Shown here: one piece after another, positions 47,930-57,418 of the stretch
How positions within the stretch are numbered: the first letter of the stretch is position 1
How the letters are laid out: each line of letters begins with the position of its first letter
Source of the DNA: a virus
DNA: 64,000 bases
Direction: 5' to 3' (one strand)
IMG/VR virus record: IMGVR_UViG_3300008110_000023
Location: 1 to 64,000 of that record
The notes under the pieces: generated by a model
What the model was told of the DNA's origin: nothing
What the model saw: the letters and a program-made list of their open reading frames with translations, nothing else
The model's database searches: none
Made by a program: the position numbers and the translations under genes

Positions 47930-48885
47930 TGTATCAATTTATTAATAGTGTTTATTACTACTTCTCTTCCTTGATTTTTATACAAATCACTTGGATCTTT
48001 ATCTTTAAAACAAATAGGATGATAGATATAAGGTAGTTGATATTGTTCACTTGCTACTTTAGCTAAATTTAAACCTGGATTATCATTGTCATAGTATATA
48101 TAGATCTTTTCAAATCTTATCTTTAACTCTTTAATAATCTTATCTGGTATTAATGTAGATTCTGAGGCAGGAGCAACAGCTAGATAACCTAACTCTTTAA
48201 GAGTCATTACATCTTTTAAACTTGATGTTATAAATAATAATTCACCATCAAAAGGCAATTGTTTATATCCTTGTACTACATCTGCTTTGATATTACCAAT
48301 CCATTTCCACTCTGTGTTATATGGTTGATATATCTTATACAAATAGTTACCATAAGAATAAGCATAAACATATTCATCTTTAACATGAAATCTATTTCCT
48401 TCTACCCAATAGTATTCTAATGACTTAACATTATATAAGTCTAATGTGGCTTTTGTAATACCAAACTTATTCCAGAATGCTATGTCTTTAGTAGTATGTT
48501 CTTTAGATTTAACTTTGATGTCTACATTCTTCTTTCTTATTCTTTTGATTACATTATCAGGATCTAATAACTTACCTTTCTTGTCTGTACTAAAGTCAAG
48601 ATTAAAGTCAGAAGCTACTTTATTTAAACATTCTCCAAAGTTGTATGAATACTTTTTCATTACATACTGAAAACAACCATAGAATTCTCCTGTAGCAAAA
48701 TCTTTATAATAAACACCTCTGTCTAGTTCTGTAACTCTACAAGTTGGTTTTTCATCATTTCTTAATTCACTACAAAAAGCTTCATCTAAGTTCTTTAAAC
48801 TTGGAATATAATATCTAAATATGTCTTCTTCTGACACTCTTAATAGAATGTCTTCTATTGTTATTACCCGTCTTACCTCAATCAT
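47920..48885 (-). CDS. dnaG: DNA primase (DnaG-like, Toprim)
   Basis: SELRNDEKPTC...YKDF Zn-domain variant; ITSSLKDVM and YYDNDNPG Toprim motifs. Confidence 0.85.
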   Translation of the reverse strand: MIEVRRVITIEDILLRVSEEDIFRYYIPSLKNLDEAFCSELRNDEKPTCRVTELDRGVYYKDFATGEFYGCFQYVMKKYSYNFGECLNKVASDFNLDFSTDKKGKLLDPDNVIKRIRKKNVDIKVKSKEHTTKDIAFWNKFGITKATLDLYNVKSLEYYWVEGNRFHVKDEYVYAYSYGNYLYKIYQPYNTEWKWIGNIKADVVQGYKQLPFDGELLFITSSLKDVMTLKELGYLAVAPASESTLIPDKIIKELKIRFEKIYIYYDNDNPGLNLAKVASEQYQLPYIYHPICFKDKDPSDLYKNQGREVVINTINKLIQCM

Positions 48886-48911
48886 ACTACACTTTATTAA
48901 GAGTTAAAGCT

Positions 48912-48946
48912 AAAAAAAGTGGATAAAGATTAACTCTATCCACTTA
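48912..48946 (-). terminator. Intrinsic terminator after SSB
   Basis: AAGTGGATA...TATCCACTT stem with T7 tail on the minus strand. Confidence 0.75.
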
Positions 48947-48971
48947 TTAGCTTGGCCTATACTACTAAATA

Positions 48972-49751
48972 CTAACCAAAGATAGCAGTTATAGGATCAA
49001 CACCACCAATAGCATCTTTCTCAGGTGCTACAATAGTTCCAGTATATTCAGCTAAATCCAAATCAGAATTAAACTCAGATTTAAATTGACCATACTCATC
49101 ATTTAATGCTTTGATAAATGCATTATTAGATTTCTGATAAGTTCTCTCAATATGTCTAGTATAAACATCTTGATATTTACCATCTTTAACACCTAATAAA
49201 ACTCTTACTCCATTGTGTGGAATAGCTTTTAAGATGTTTTTAAGCTCAGAGAAATCTCCTTTAAAGAACTTAGCAGTATCAGGCAATATAGTAGAATACT
49301 TTTTAGCAGCAGTATTATACTCTGCATTTACCCAGTTACGGATAAAAGTATCAACTATACCTTCCTCACCATCATAAGCTTTTCTAGTACCTTCATTAAC
49401 ATAATACTCATTAGCATCTAATGCTTCTGCATCAACAGCCCAAGCAGTTTTACCATATTTGTTAATATACTGAGTTTTACCAGATTTAGAAACTCTTTGT
49501 TTATCTTTTAACCAATAAACAATTTTAGTGTTAATATTCTTCTCTGGGTTTCTTAAATGGAATTCAATCCTTGCAGATGTAGTTCCATCTTGTTCAGTTA
49601 CATAAATAGGTTCTTGTTGCATTCTTATACCTAATCCTGCAGCTTCTTCCATAGTTGGATTAACTGCTACTACTAGCATATTAGTAATACCTGAATACAA
49701 TTTTTTAACTGCAATTACTTCTTTCTCACTTGTGTTAAATTCAATAGCCAT
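48972..49751 (-). CDS. Putative single-stranded DNA-binding protein (crAss-type)
   Basis: VVAVNPT and QYINKYG.TAW; short acidic/hydrophobic C-tail; lies between the Sak4-like ATPase and primase. Confidence 0.55.
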   Translation of the reverse strand: MAIEFNTSEKEVIAVKKLYSGITNMLVVAVNPTMEEAAGLGIRMQQEPIYVTEQDGTTSARIEFHLRNPEKNINTKIVYWLKDKQRVSKSGKTQYINKYGKTAWAVDAEALDANEYYVNEGTRKAYDGEEGIVDTFIRNWVNAEYNTAAKKYSTILPDTAKFFKGDFSELKNILKAIPHNGVRVLLGVKDGKYQDVYTRHIERTYQKSNNAFIKALNDEYGQFKSEFNSDLDLAEYTGTIVAPEKDAIGGVDPITAIFG

Positions 49752-49793
49752 AATTTGTTTTTTTTTAAGTTGTTTTTAATGTTGTTTTATTAA

Positions 49794-50486
49794 TTAATCA
49801 ATATAAATTTTTTCCCATGCAAACTCAAATGTTTGACCTTTTAAGTGCTCACATCTAGAGCCACATGTAATCTCTTCTTTAGACTCAAAAGTAATTTTCA
49901 TACCTTCTGCTTCTCTATAAAGATAGCCAATTGCATCTGCATTTTGACAGATAATATTTTTAATTTTACCTGTAAAATCTAAATCCTTAGCACTTACTTC
50001 TTTACCTTTTAGTTCAGTAAATTTATCTTTAAGATGTGCTACAAGAATAATGTTATCAGCAAGAGTATAGATTTTATCAATCCAATCTTTCATTGCCAAT
50101 CTTAAATGCAGATAACCAGCACCATTAGGTAATTCTAGTACAGAGTTACCTTGAAAGTTTTTACCAATTGCACTTGCTTTATACTTAACAGTTGCTTCTG
50201 CTTCTGCCCATTCCTCTAATTTAGTAGCAGTATCTATTGCTACATATTTATAAGGTCTTTTAGCAGCATGAATAGCTTTACCAATTTCTGTTAACTCAGC
50301 AAGATTATTAGCTTTAACTTTTAATGCATCTAAATACTTACTACCATCTTCTAAATCAATAATTAAACAATTATCTAATTTAGATAATAATGTAGTCTTC
50401 CCAGTTTTGGGAAGAGAATACATTATAAACACTTTAGGACTTAGTCTCTCTGCAGCCACTTTAGCAGTAGGTAGTGTAATTGCCAT
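49794..50486 (-). CDS. AAA_24/Sak4-like P-loop ATPase (recombinase)
   Basis: YSLPKTGKTT, IIDLEDG, VAIDTAT, LVAH and ADAIGY. Confidence 0.8.
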   Translation of the reverse strand: MAITLPTAKVAAERLSPKVFIMYSLPKTGKTTLLSKLDNCLIIDLEDGSKYLDALKVKANNLAELTEIGKAIHAAKRPYKYVAIDTATKLEEWAEAEATVKYKASAIGKNFQGNSVLELPNGAGYLHLRLAMKDWIDKIYTLADNIILVAHLKDKFTELKGKEVSAKDLDFTGKIKNIICQNADAIGYLYREAEGMKITFESKEEITCGSRCEHLKGQTFEFAWEKIYID

Positions 50487-50488
50487 AA

Positions 50489-50758
50489 TTAAGCTAATGT
50501 TTGAATGTACTTTTTAGAAATCTCTTTTATTGCTCCTAGTTCTTCTTGACTAAATAAACTTAGTTCAGTAGAACCAATAATATAAGGTTGTTTACTTCCA
50601 TGATTCTGAGACCATTTAGGTAATGTAAACTTACTATTAGCAATATTAGCCAATGCAGTTAATGCAGCAATTGCTTCTGCTCTTTCTTCTACAGAATAAA
50701 TTCTAGTAACCTCTTCCGTCTGTCCAATTTGTTCCTGGTTGTTCTCTTCTTTCTTCAT
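50489..50758 (-). CDS. Hypothetical protein
   Basis: 89-aa ORF in the operon. Confidence 0.55.
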   Translation of the reverse strand: MKKEENNQEQIGQTEEVTRIYSVEERAEAIAALTALANIANSKFTLPKWSQNHGSKQPYIIGSTELSLFSQEELGAIKEISKKYIQTLA

Positions 50759-51191
50759 CTTTTTGTTTGTTTAATTGTTGTTTAAAATAAAAATCTGATT
50801 GTATTCCTTCCTTTTGTTCATTTAACATGCATAATTGAGCGCCAAATATGATAGCTGATAAATGGTCTTCTGATCTATCTCCTTCCATAAATGCAGCTAG
50901 ATGTCTATCTAAAGACTCTAATGCTACTTCTGTTGGAATTCCTTTTAAGAAGTTACCATCACCGTATTTTGCACTGCCTAAGTTAGTATGATAACCATAT
51001 CTCTGTCTAGTGTATCCTTTTAAGTTATGGATAAATGGTTTATTACTATTACTATCTCTCTTAGCACCAGTTTCAAATACACGTGATATACTTTCATCAC
51101 TACATAATTGTTCTAATTTATCTGCATAAGTTACATTTGTATTAGAAGGATTAATTATAATCACATTGTCTAATTCTTTTCTCTTTACCAT
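50703..51191 (-). CDS. dATP/dGTP diphosphohydrolase-like (DUF5664-type) protein
   Basis: FETGAKRD...KP, AKYGDGNFLKGIP, SLDRHL and EDHLSA. Confidence 0.7.
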   Translation of the reverse strand: MVKRKELDNVIIINPSNTNVTYADKLEQLCSDESISRVFETGAKRDSNSNKPFIHNLKGYTRQRYGYHTNLGSAKYGDGNFLKGIPTEVALESLDRHLAAFMEGDRSEDHLSAIIFGAQLCMLNEQKEGIQSDFYFKQQLNKQKDEERREQPGTNWTDGRGY

Positions 51192-51192
51192 A

Positions 51193-52269
51193 CTATTTAC
51201 CTAATTTAATTAAACCATCATAATGTAAGTCTGTCATTTGATCTGCTCTTGGTAATTCTTTAAATACACCTGATTCACCTAAATAACCTAAGCCTACTCT
51301 TGTACCTATACCACCATCTCTGCCTTTAAGTATTTCTAATGATCTAAACCTATCTTTCAATTTCTCTACATTATAACCTGCAAAGTTTTGAATATCAAAA
51401 GTCATAGGACTAAATAAACTTAATACATAATTGGCATCTCTAGTAGTATACTTAGAATCACCAAAATCAGATAACATAGGAGTTAATCTGTTAGTTTTAG
51501 CTCTCATAGGATCATTGATATCATAGTTTAACTGCTGAACAACTACTGGTATAATGTTAAAGTTATTTCTTAGTAGTACAAGATATTGAGACATCTTATC
51601 TATTAATTGCTTTGTATTATATCCACGTTCTTCTGGTAATAAACTAATATGGTCAATGATTACTATATGATACCTATTTTTATCAAAAGGCTCATACCTA
51701 TCAAATACATCAAACTTTACAGTATGTCCATTCTCATCTAATTTCTCTACTTGTTTTCTATATACTTTACCAAACTTCTCAGCTTTACGGTATAAGTATT
51801 TATTAATACCTGTAGGATTTTCTGGCATATCAAAGACTGTAAGACTGCTTTCTAATTTCTCAAAGTAATCTCTACATTCCATTACTTTGTCATAGATTTC
51901 TTGACTTACTCTATGTTCACCTCTTGATAAAATATAATTAACATCAGCTACTATTTTATATTTATTAAATAGTTGTCTACTAACACCCTTAGTTATCTTA
52001 GTTATCTTATCAATCTCAAATGAGAAATAATCTATATCTAAAGTAAACTCACAATCAGGTGTGTTATTTATATACTCAAAAGGTTCATACATAAACATTT
52101 GATCTACTAAAGTTGTTTTACCACAACCAGTAGATGCGCCTACAAGATAATAAGTTTTTTGTTGTACGTTAGGTAAAAATTGGGAGAGCTTTGTTAGTCC
52201 ATGAGGCAATCCTTTGTTTAATCCCTCTTGACCTCTTTTGATTTCTTCTAATACATTGTCAAATATCAT
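51193..52269 (-). CDS. dnaB: Replicative DnaB-like helicase
   Basis: GASTGCGKTT, FSFE, IIDH, VQQLN, D.GDS...RDA and ILKGRDG. Confidence 0.88.
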   Translation of the reverse strand: MIFDNVLEEIKRGQEGLNKGLPHGLTKLSQFLPNVQQKTYYLVGASTGCGKTTLVDQMFMYEPFEYINNTPDCEFTLDIDYFSFEIDKITKITKGVSRQLFNKYKIVADVNYILSRGEHRVSQEIYDKVMECRDYFEKLESSLTVFDMPENPTGINKYLYRKAEKFGKVYRKQVEKLDENGHTVKFDVFDRYEPFDKNRYHIVIIDHISLLPEERGYNTKQLIDKMSQYLVLLRNNFNIIPVVVQQLNYDINDPMRAKTNRLTPMLSDFGDSKYTTRDANYVLSLFSPMTFDIQNFAGYNVEKLKDRFRSLEILKGRDGGIGTRVGLGYLGESGVFKELPRADQMTDLHYDGLIKLGK

Positions 52270-52816
52270 TGCTAAAACCTTCCATCTCTACGTCTCTTAC
52301 TCCTATGTATTTCTCCCAAGTTGCTTGGTTTAAAAATACTTCCACACCCTGAAGGTATTGCATTTTTGATCTATACTCTGTTAAATAACTATTCAAACCT
52401 TCTATAATTTGTTTATGTTTACCAGGTTTTTTAATTATTCTTAGATACTTTTCTTTTACTTTTTCTGCTGATTGAGAATTAGGATCCTTAGCTCTTAATA
52501 TTCTATATCCACCTGCTCCATTAGGAACTTTCATTGGATATGTACTCCAGAATTCATAAAATAGTTTATGTTCTGGTGTTTCTTTGAATAAATTATTAGC
52601 TGGTTCTCTTAATACAAAATCAAGTAAAGAACCATTAGTAATCTTAATAAGCCCAAGACCTTCTAATTTAATTAGATCATTCTTATTAATATTAAGTGCT
52701 GTTACTAATGTGTGATCAAGTATATTACTGTTGTGATACTTTAAATATAAAAGAAGATATTGAGTAGGATTTATTTTCAAACCCAATATCTCTTCTAAAT
52801 TTATTTTAATTTCCAT
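52259..52816 (-). CDS. Putative replication initiator/helicase loader (winged helix + FWSTYP domain)
   Basis: LIKLEGLGLIK wHTH and FYEFWSTYP...FLNQATWE; directly upstream of DnaB. Confidence 0.55.
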   Translation of the reverse strand: MEIKINLEEILGLKINPTQYLLLYLKYHNSNILDHTLVTALNINKNDLIKLEGLGLIKITNGSLLDFVLREPANNLFKETPEHKLFYEFWSTYPMKVPNGAGGYRILRAKDPNSQSAEKVKEKYLRIIKKPGKHKQIIEGLNSYLTEYRSKMQYLQGVEVFLNQATWEKYIGVRDVEMEGFSNDI

Positions 52817-52827
52817 ATGTTTTATTA

Positions 52828-53010
52828 TTAGGTAAACAAGTTATTACTATCTTCAAACTCTTCATCTTCTATAACTATCAGATTTCCATGTCCATCACAT
52901 TCAGGGCACTTAATGTAATCTGCTTTGTTTTCATCCTCACCTTCAAAAATATAACCACTACCTAAACAAGTAAAACATTCTACTTCCTTAAAACTAAAAT
53001 TCTTTTTCAT
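52828..53010 (-). CDS. Small DnaJ-type zinc-finger protein
   Basis: CFTCLGSG...CPECDGHG. Confidence 0.65.
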   Translation of the reverse strand: MKKNFSFKEVECFTCLGSGYIFEGEDENKADYIKCPECDGHGNLIVIEDEEFEDSNNLFT

Positions 53011-53219
53011 AAAATATGTTTGTAAATCAATCTATAATCTTCTTCATCCATAGATAATTCTCTAGTATACTGTATGATATCTTTTAATTCTAATTCCCAC
53101 TCATATTCTGAGTTTAAAATATCCAATAACATACTAGGATCTGTAAATATTACAGAATCATATGCTATTCTAGTTAAATTGATAGCCAATTCTATCTCTT
53201 GTTTTGAAGGCTTGTTCAT
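53007..53219 (-). CDS. Hypothetical protein
   Basis: 70-aa ORF, ATGA-coupled. Confidence 0.55.
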   Translation of the reverse strand: MNKPSKQEIELAINLTRIAYDSVIFTDPSMLLDILNSEYEWELELKDIIQYTRELSMDEEDYRLIYKHIL

Positions 53220-53223
53220 AAGT

Positions 53224-54474
53224 TTAGGATTTTTTAATTAATGATATACAATCTTGTACACTATAACAATGTTTAACAGTACTTAAATCCATACCAGACA
53301 TCATGTCTAAATACCATTTCTCTTCTTGTGTACCTTGAGTACAAAAGATAATGATATTACCTACAAAATTTTCCCTAAACCTTAATCTTCCTGTTCTTTG
53401 TACAATATCTTTTTCTTTAGAATAATAAGACATTAATACAACACAATCAAGATCAGGTAAATTAGCACCTTGTTTTAACTTTTTAAAAGAACCTACAGTA
53501 TTTATCTTACCAGTTGTAAAGTTATTCTTGATAACTTCATTGTCTACGTCTGTTTGTGCACTGCCAGTATCATCTTTACTAGCTACTACATTAGAAGTAA
53601 CTTGATGTAATGCATTTAGACTGTTTCCAAAGATAATATTACGTAAATTTAATGCTTCTAATTCTCTTATCAAAGTTTTTGTACTATTTATTTTACTAGG
53701 TAATTCATAGAGTAATTTAGCTCTACTGGCACTAGCTGCTCTGATTTTAATCTCTCTTAATTTGAGATCTCTTACAAACATTGCTTGCTGAAATAACTTA
53801 CTTTTATAAGCATATGCAGCTGCTTCTGTTTGCATAAATGGTTTAAGTTTACTACCTGCTTTAATAGTAGCATTTGAACTATCTAGTTTATTATGTATAA
53901 CATAGATATTAACTGGTGGTAATACTCCTTCTGTTCTTGCTTGTTCAGCTGTATAAGTAAAACATACAGGAAAATGTTGATTTAATAAATCTCCTTTAAG
54001 TACACTACCGTCTTCATTTACTTTAGCTTTTATGTCTACTGTAGCACTTAATCCTACTATGTAGTCATAAGTATTGTTTTCATAGAAAGTACTGTATTTA
54101 AGACTTAAGGAATCATGTACTTCATCAGCACCTACTATTTTCCAATTCTTGTTTTGCCATTTATAAGCTGATTGATAACAAGCAAATTCAAAGTTAAAAT
54201 CTGATAAAACATCTAACTTAAATAACTGTTTAAACTTAGCAGCATCATCCCTAATAGTTTGTTCTCTGTCTGTTACTTCAGCTAAGAACAATACACTATC
54301 TTTTTTCTTAATCCATTTCTTCTCTTTTGCTTTGTACAAACACTTAAAGAATGTCATTGTTTTACCAGTACCAGTTGCTAATTCTAATGTACCTCTACCA
54401 CCAGAATTAATCCAGGCAGTAGAAGCATCATCTTGCATTTTATTGAGCTTTACTGCTCTGGTTAAATCTGTCAT
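53224..54474 (-). CDS. Superfamily 2 helicase (UvsW/ResIII-like)
   Basis: LATGTGKT, ADEVH, GLSAT, GANLPD and QRTGRL. Confidence 0.88.
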   Translation of the reverse strand: MTDLTRAVKLNKMQDDASTAWINSGGRGTLELATGTGKTMTFFKCLYKAKEKKWIKKKDSVLFLAEVTDREQTIRDDAAKFKQLFKLDVLSDFNFEFACYQSAYKWQNKNWKIVGADEVHDSLSLKYSTFYENNTYDYIVGLSATVDIKAKVNEDGSVLKGDLLNQHFPVCFTYTAEQARTEGVLPPVNIYVIHNKLDSSNATIKAGSKLKPFMQTEAAAYAYKSKLFQQAMFVRDLKLREIKIRAASASRAKLLYELPSKINSTKTLIRELEALNLRNIIFGNSLNALHQVTSNVVASKDDTGSAQTDVDNEVIKNNFTTGKINTVGSFKKLKQGANLPDLDCVVLMSYYSKEKDIVQRTGRLRFRENFVGNIIIFCTQGTQEEKWYLDMMSGMDLSTVKHCYSVQDCISLIKKS

Positions 54475-54476
54475 AA

Positions 54477-54641
54477 TTACTTAATAGAATCAATGATTAC
54501 TGTATCTTTAACTATACTATCTACTACTGTAGAATCATTAGATACTGCTTTTTCTTCATGTGATACATTACCACAACTAGACAATACTGCTAGTGTAAAT
54601 AAAATTGATGCTCCTAAGAATACTGTTACTTTTGTTTTCAT
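54477..54641 (-). CDS. 54-aa lipoprotein (not in the ORF track)
   Basis: Manual translation MKTKVTVFLGASILFTLAVLSSCGNVSHEEKAVSNDSTVVDSIVKDTVIIDSIK*: signal peptide plus LSSC lipobox; fills the polA-helicase gap. Confidence 0.75.
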   Translation of the reverse strand: MKTKVTVFLGASILFTLAVLSSCGNVSHEEKAVSNDSTVVDSIVKDTVIIDSIK

Positions 54642-54664
54642 TTGTTTTTGTTTTTAGTTATTAA

Positions 54665-56638
54665 TTATTTGGACCAATTGTTGGCTATTACGGGCTCTGC
54701 AATCATAGGAACAGTACTACAAAATAGTTTACCTGCTTCTACCATTAGTTCAGAACATTTCTTAGCAACTTCTTCAGCAACAGATTCCTCTGCCACTATA
54801 TTTACCTCATCATGCACACAATTAACTAGTTGTGCATCTACTTTACTATCAATAAAATACTGTCTAATAAGACATAAAGCTTTCTTAGTCATTAATGCTG
54901 CAGTACCTTGAATAGGGTAATTCTGTGCATTTCTACTAATACTACCTTTAGCTTTATAATAGACTCTTCTTTCCTCTGCAGAAGCACTTTCATAATCAAA
55001 GTCTTTCATAATATCATAATCATTAATAAAAGTCTTAGATCTTAATACAGGATCTATTAGTATATAACCTGTGTTTAAGCTCTCTTTAATCTTTTGTTGA
55101 AAGTATTGTTCTTTCTTAGGAAATCTTTCTTTAATAGCATCTATAAATGCTTGTGCTTCTTCTTGTGATACACCTAAATCATCTTTAACTGTGAATGCTG
55201 TTTTACCATAATCTAAGCCTAGATTTATCATTTTACCTACATCTCTATAAGTCATTTTAAATCTGTCAGAATATGGATTATTCTTCTTAGTTACTACTAT
55301 CTCTTTACCTTCTATTTTAGAAAAGATTGCAGACGCAATTAAACTATGAGAATCACCATCACCATTAAGTACAAAGTCCATTAACTTAGGATCTTGACAA
55401 TAATGTGCTGTTAATCTTGGCTCTTGTTGAGAATAATCTAGTGTAATATACTTATAACCTTTTGGCGCTACAAAATACTTACGTAGATCTTGTGGTATAT
55501 TCTGAGTATTAGGATAACCTTGTTTGGTATCACCACTACTAACTCTACCTGTGTCTCTTATTTGCCAGAAACTAGTTCTTACTTTACCATCTGCTTGTTG
55601 ATATTGGTCTATAAAACCTTTACCATAAGTAGATATAGCCTTAGCTAGTTCTCTATGTTCAATTAATAATGTAACTAATTTAGGTTTGTTCTTTACTTTC
55701 AATAGATAATTAGAATTAGTAGTTTCTTTACCTTCTTTATCTACTACAACTAGATTTAATACTTCTTTGAATATCTTTTTAACTTGTGTGTCACTAGTCC
55801 ATAGTACATTGGTAAGTCTTTCTGGTTCCTTATCTGGCTCAAATAAATCATAATTGAAGCTCACTAATTTAGTTTTCCCTTTACTTTGGATAGTAGAACA
55901 ATTATACTTATAACTCTTATCCAAATTAAGTAACTCATTATCAAGACTCTTTTCTAGTTCATTAAGTTTATCTTCATTCTCAAAAGTATTCTTAACCCAA
56001 CCTTTTGCATCTACTAGCATACCATTATACTCTATATCAGCTAATGGTTTTATTGCCTCAAACTCAAATACAATATATTCTACTAAACCTTTTGCTATAG
56101 CATCTTTGTATTGCAATTCTGCTATTTGATGAAGGTATGCAACATCTAATGCTGCGTATTCTATTTGATCATCTGTAAATGGTTGTGAATCTAGTTTAAA
56201 GAATTCTCCTCTTGTTGTTTTGTTTAAATCTACATTAAGATATCTTTTAGCAATATCAAGTAAACCATAACCATGATGTTCATAACCTCTATATAGACAA
56301 CATTCTGCTATCATAGTATCCCAGACCTTTTCTATATTAATACCTGCATGTTTAAAGAATTTATAATCAAATTTAAAGTTCTGAAATAAACATACTTTAG
56401 ATTCTAATAAGTTCTTAAACAACTTAATATTAATACATCTGACATCTATTACATATTGTCTGTCTTTATCTCCTATTTGGATACATATAATAGGTTTATC
56501 ATGAGGATCTCTACCTTTAGTTTCTGTATCTACTGCTATAGATTTGTGTGCTTTAAAATATTCTAAGCATTCTTCTACTGTACTGTATTGAAATAGCGTA
56601 CTATCAATCAGTCTCTTCTCCCCAATAAAATAAATCAT
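54665..56638 (-). CDS. polA: DNA polymerase family A with 3'-5' exonuclease
   Basis: AVDTET, YAALDV, TGRVSS, DYSQQEPR (motif A), GKMINLGLDYG (motif B), NYPIQGTAA and VHDE (motif C). Confidence 0.96.
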   Translation of the reverse strand: MIYFIGEKRLIDSTLFQYSTVEECLEYFKAHKSIAVDTETKGRDPHDKPIICIQIGDKDRQYVIDVRCINIKLFKNLLESKVCLFQNFKFDYKFFKHAGINIEKVWDTMIAECCLYRGYEHHGYGLLDIAKRYLNVDLNKTTRGEFFKLDSQPFTDDQIEYAALDVAYLHQIAELQYKDAIAKGLVEYIVFEFEAIKPLADIEYNGMLVDAKGWVKNTFENEDKLNELEKSLDNELLNLDKSYKYNCSTIQSKGKTKLVSFNYDLFEPDKEPERLTNVLWTSDTQVKKIFKEVLNLVVVDKEGKETTNSNYLLKVKNKPKLVTLLIEHRELAKAISTYGKGFIDQYQQADGKVRTSFWQIRDTGRVSSGDTKQGYPNTQNIPQDLRKYFVAPKGYKYITLDYSQQEPRLTAHYCQDPKLMDFVLNGDGDSHSLIASAIFSKIEGKEIVVTKKNNPYSDRFKMTYRDVGKMINLGLDYGKTAFTVKDDLGVSQEEAQAFIDAIKERFPKKEQYFQQKIKESLNTGYILIDPVLRSKTFINDYDIMKDFDYESASAEERRVYYKAKGSISRNAQNYPIQGTAALMTKKALCLIRQYFIDSKVDAQLVNCVHDEVNIVAEESVAEEVAKKCSELMVEAGKLFCSTVPMIAEPVIANNWSK

Positions 56639-56743
56639 CTGTGTCTATTGTTAAGTCTGGAGTCTTTATAAACTCTTGGAATTCTCTGCTAGATTGTATT
56701 AGTTTGTCTAAATACACATCTAATTCTGTGGCTACATTAATCA

Positions 56744-56774
56744 CAAATATACAAATTTAAAGTTAATAAATCAA
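56744..56774 (-). promoter_or_regulatory. Sigma-A-type promoter TTG-N20-TATATTTG for the replication operon
   Basis: On +: CAAATATA at 56744-56751 and CAA at 56772-56774. Confidence 0.75.
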
Positions 56775-56778
56775 TGAT

Positions 56779-56815
56779 AAAAATAAAGAGAGGGCTTCCC
56801 AGTTCCCTCTCTTAT
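56779..56815 (-). terminator. Intrinsic terminator
   Basis: Minus strand AAGAGAGGGAACTGGGAAGCCCTCTCTTTATTTTT. Confidence 0.75.
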
Positions 56816-56899
56816 AACCTTGCCTTGTCTTATTTTTTGTTGAATATCAGTAAATTAAACTAAGTTTTTTACTACTTTGTTATTAAATTTGGTTAATAA

Positions 56900-57127
56900 T
56901 TAGTTTAATGTTACTCCATTTTTACCAATTTTTACAGTATACTTACCGTATTTAATGGTAGTTGGTTTGTCTAATACAAGAACATTACTTCTTGATTTAA
57001 CTTTAGCTACTGATTTATCAGTTACTTTAGTTGCTACAACTTTCTTTTTAGTAGAATTAGACTTAGTTGTAGGCTTTACTGCAGTCTTTGCTGCTCTCTT
57101 AATCATTTTTTGAAATTGGTTTTTCAT
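56900..57127 (-). CDS. Small Lys/Thr-rich basic (histone-like) protein
   Basis: 75 aa, very basic, flanked by its own terminators. Confidence 0.6.
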   Translation of the reverse strand: MKNQFQKMIKRAAKTAVKPTTKSNSTKKKVVATKVTDKSVAKVKSRSNVLVLDKPTTIKYGKYTVKIGKNGVTLN

Positions 57128-57174
57128 TTTTATTTATTTATTTAATTGGTTACAAATTATTGTTATGTGTATAT

Positions 57175-57209
57175 AAAAAATAAAGGCAGGCTATGAACCC
57201 TGCCCTTAT
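57175..57209 (-). terminator. Intrinsic terminator
   Basis: Minus strand AAGGGCAGGGTTCATAGCCTGCCTTTATTTTTT. Confidence 0.7.
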
Positions 57210-57418
57210 AAAACACACAAATCTCTGTTATTAGCCCCACAGAGAAGGGTAATTTCTTAATTATTTTCTTCTATTTCATCAGCTTCCCTGAACATCTTGT
57301 TCATTGAATGTCCCATGTATAGAACTACTATTATCAGTATTACTATTATTGTCAAAATCATCATCTGGATTATTAAATAAGTAAATAAATTTAGTTAATT
57401 CATACATACTAGGTGCTC

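Noticed and set aside
18792-56638. Inteins or group I introns in RNAP, PolA, DnaB or primase
   Set aside because: No C/S...HN-C/S/T splice motifs or LAGLIDADG blocks were seen, and the replication genes are of normal length and unsplit.
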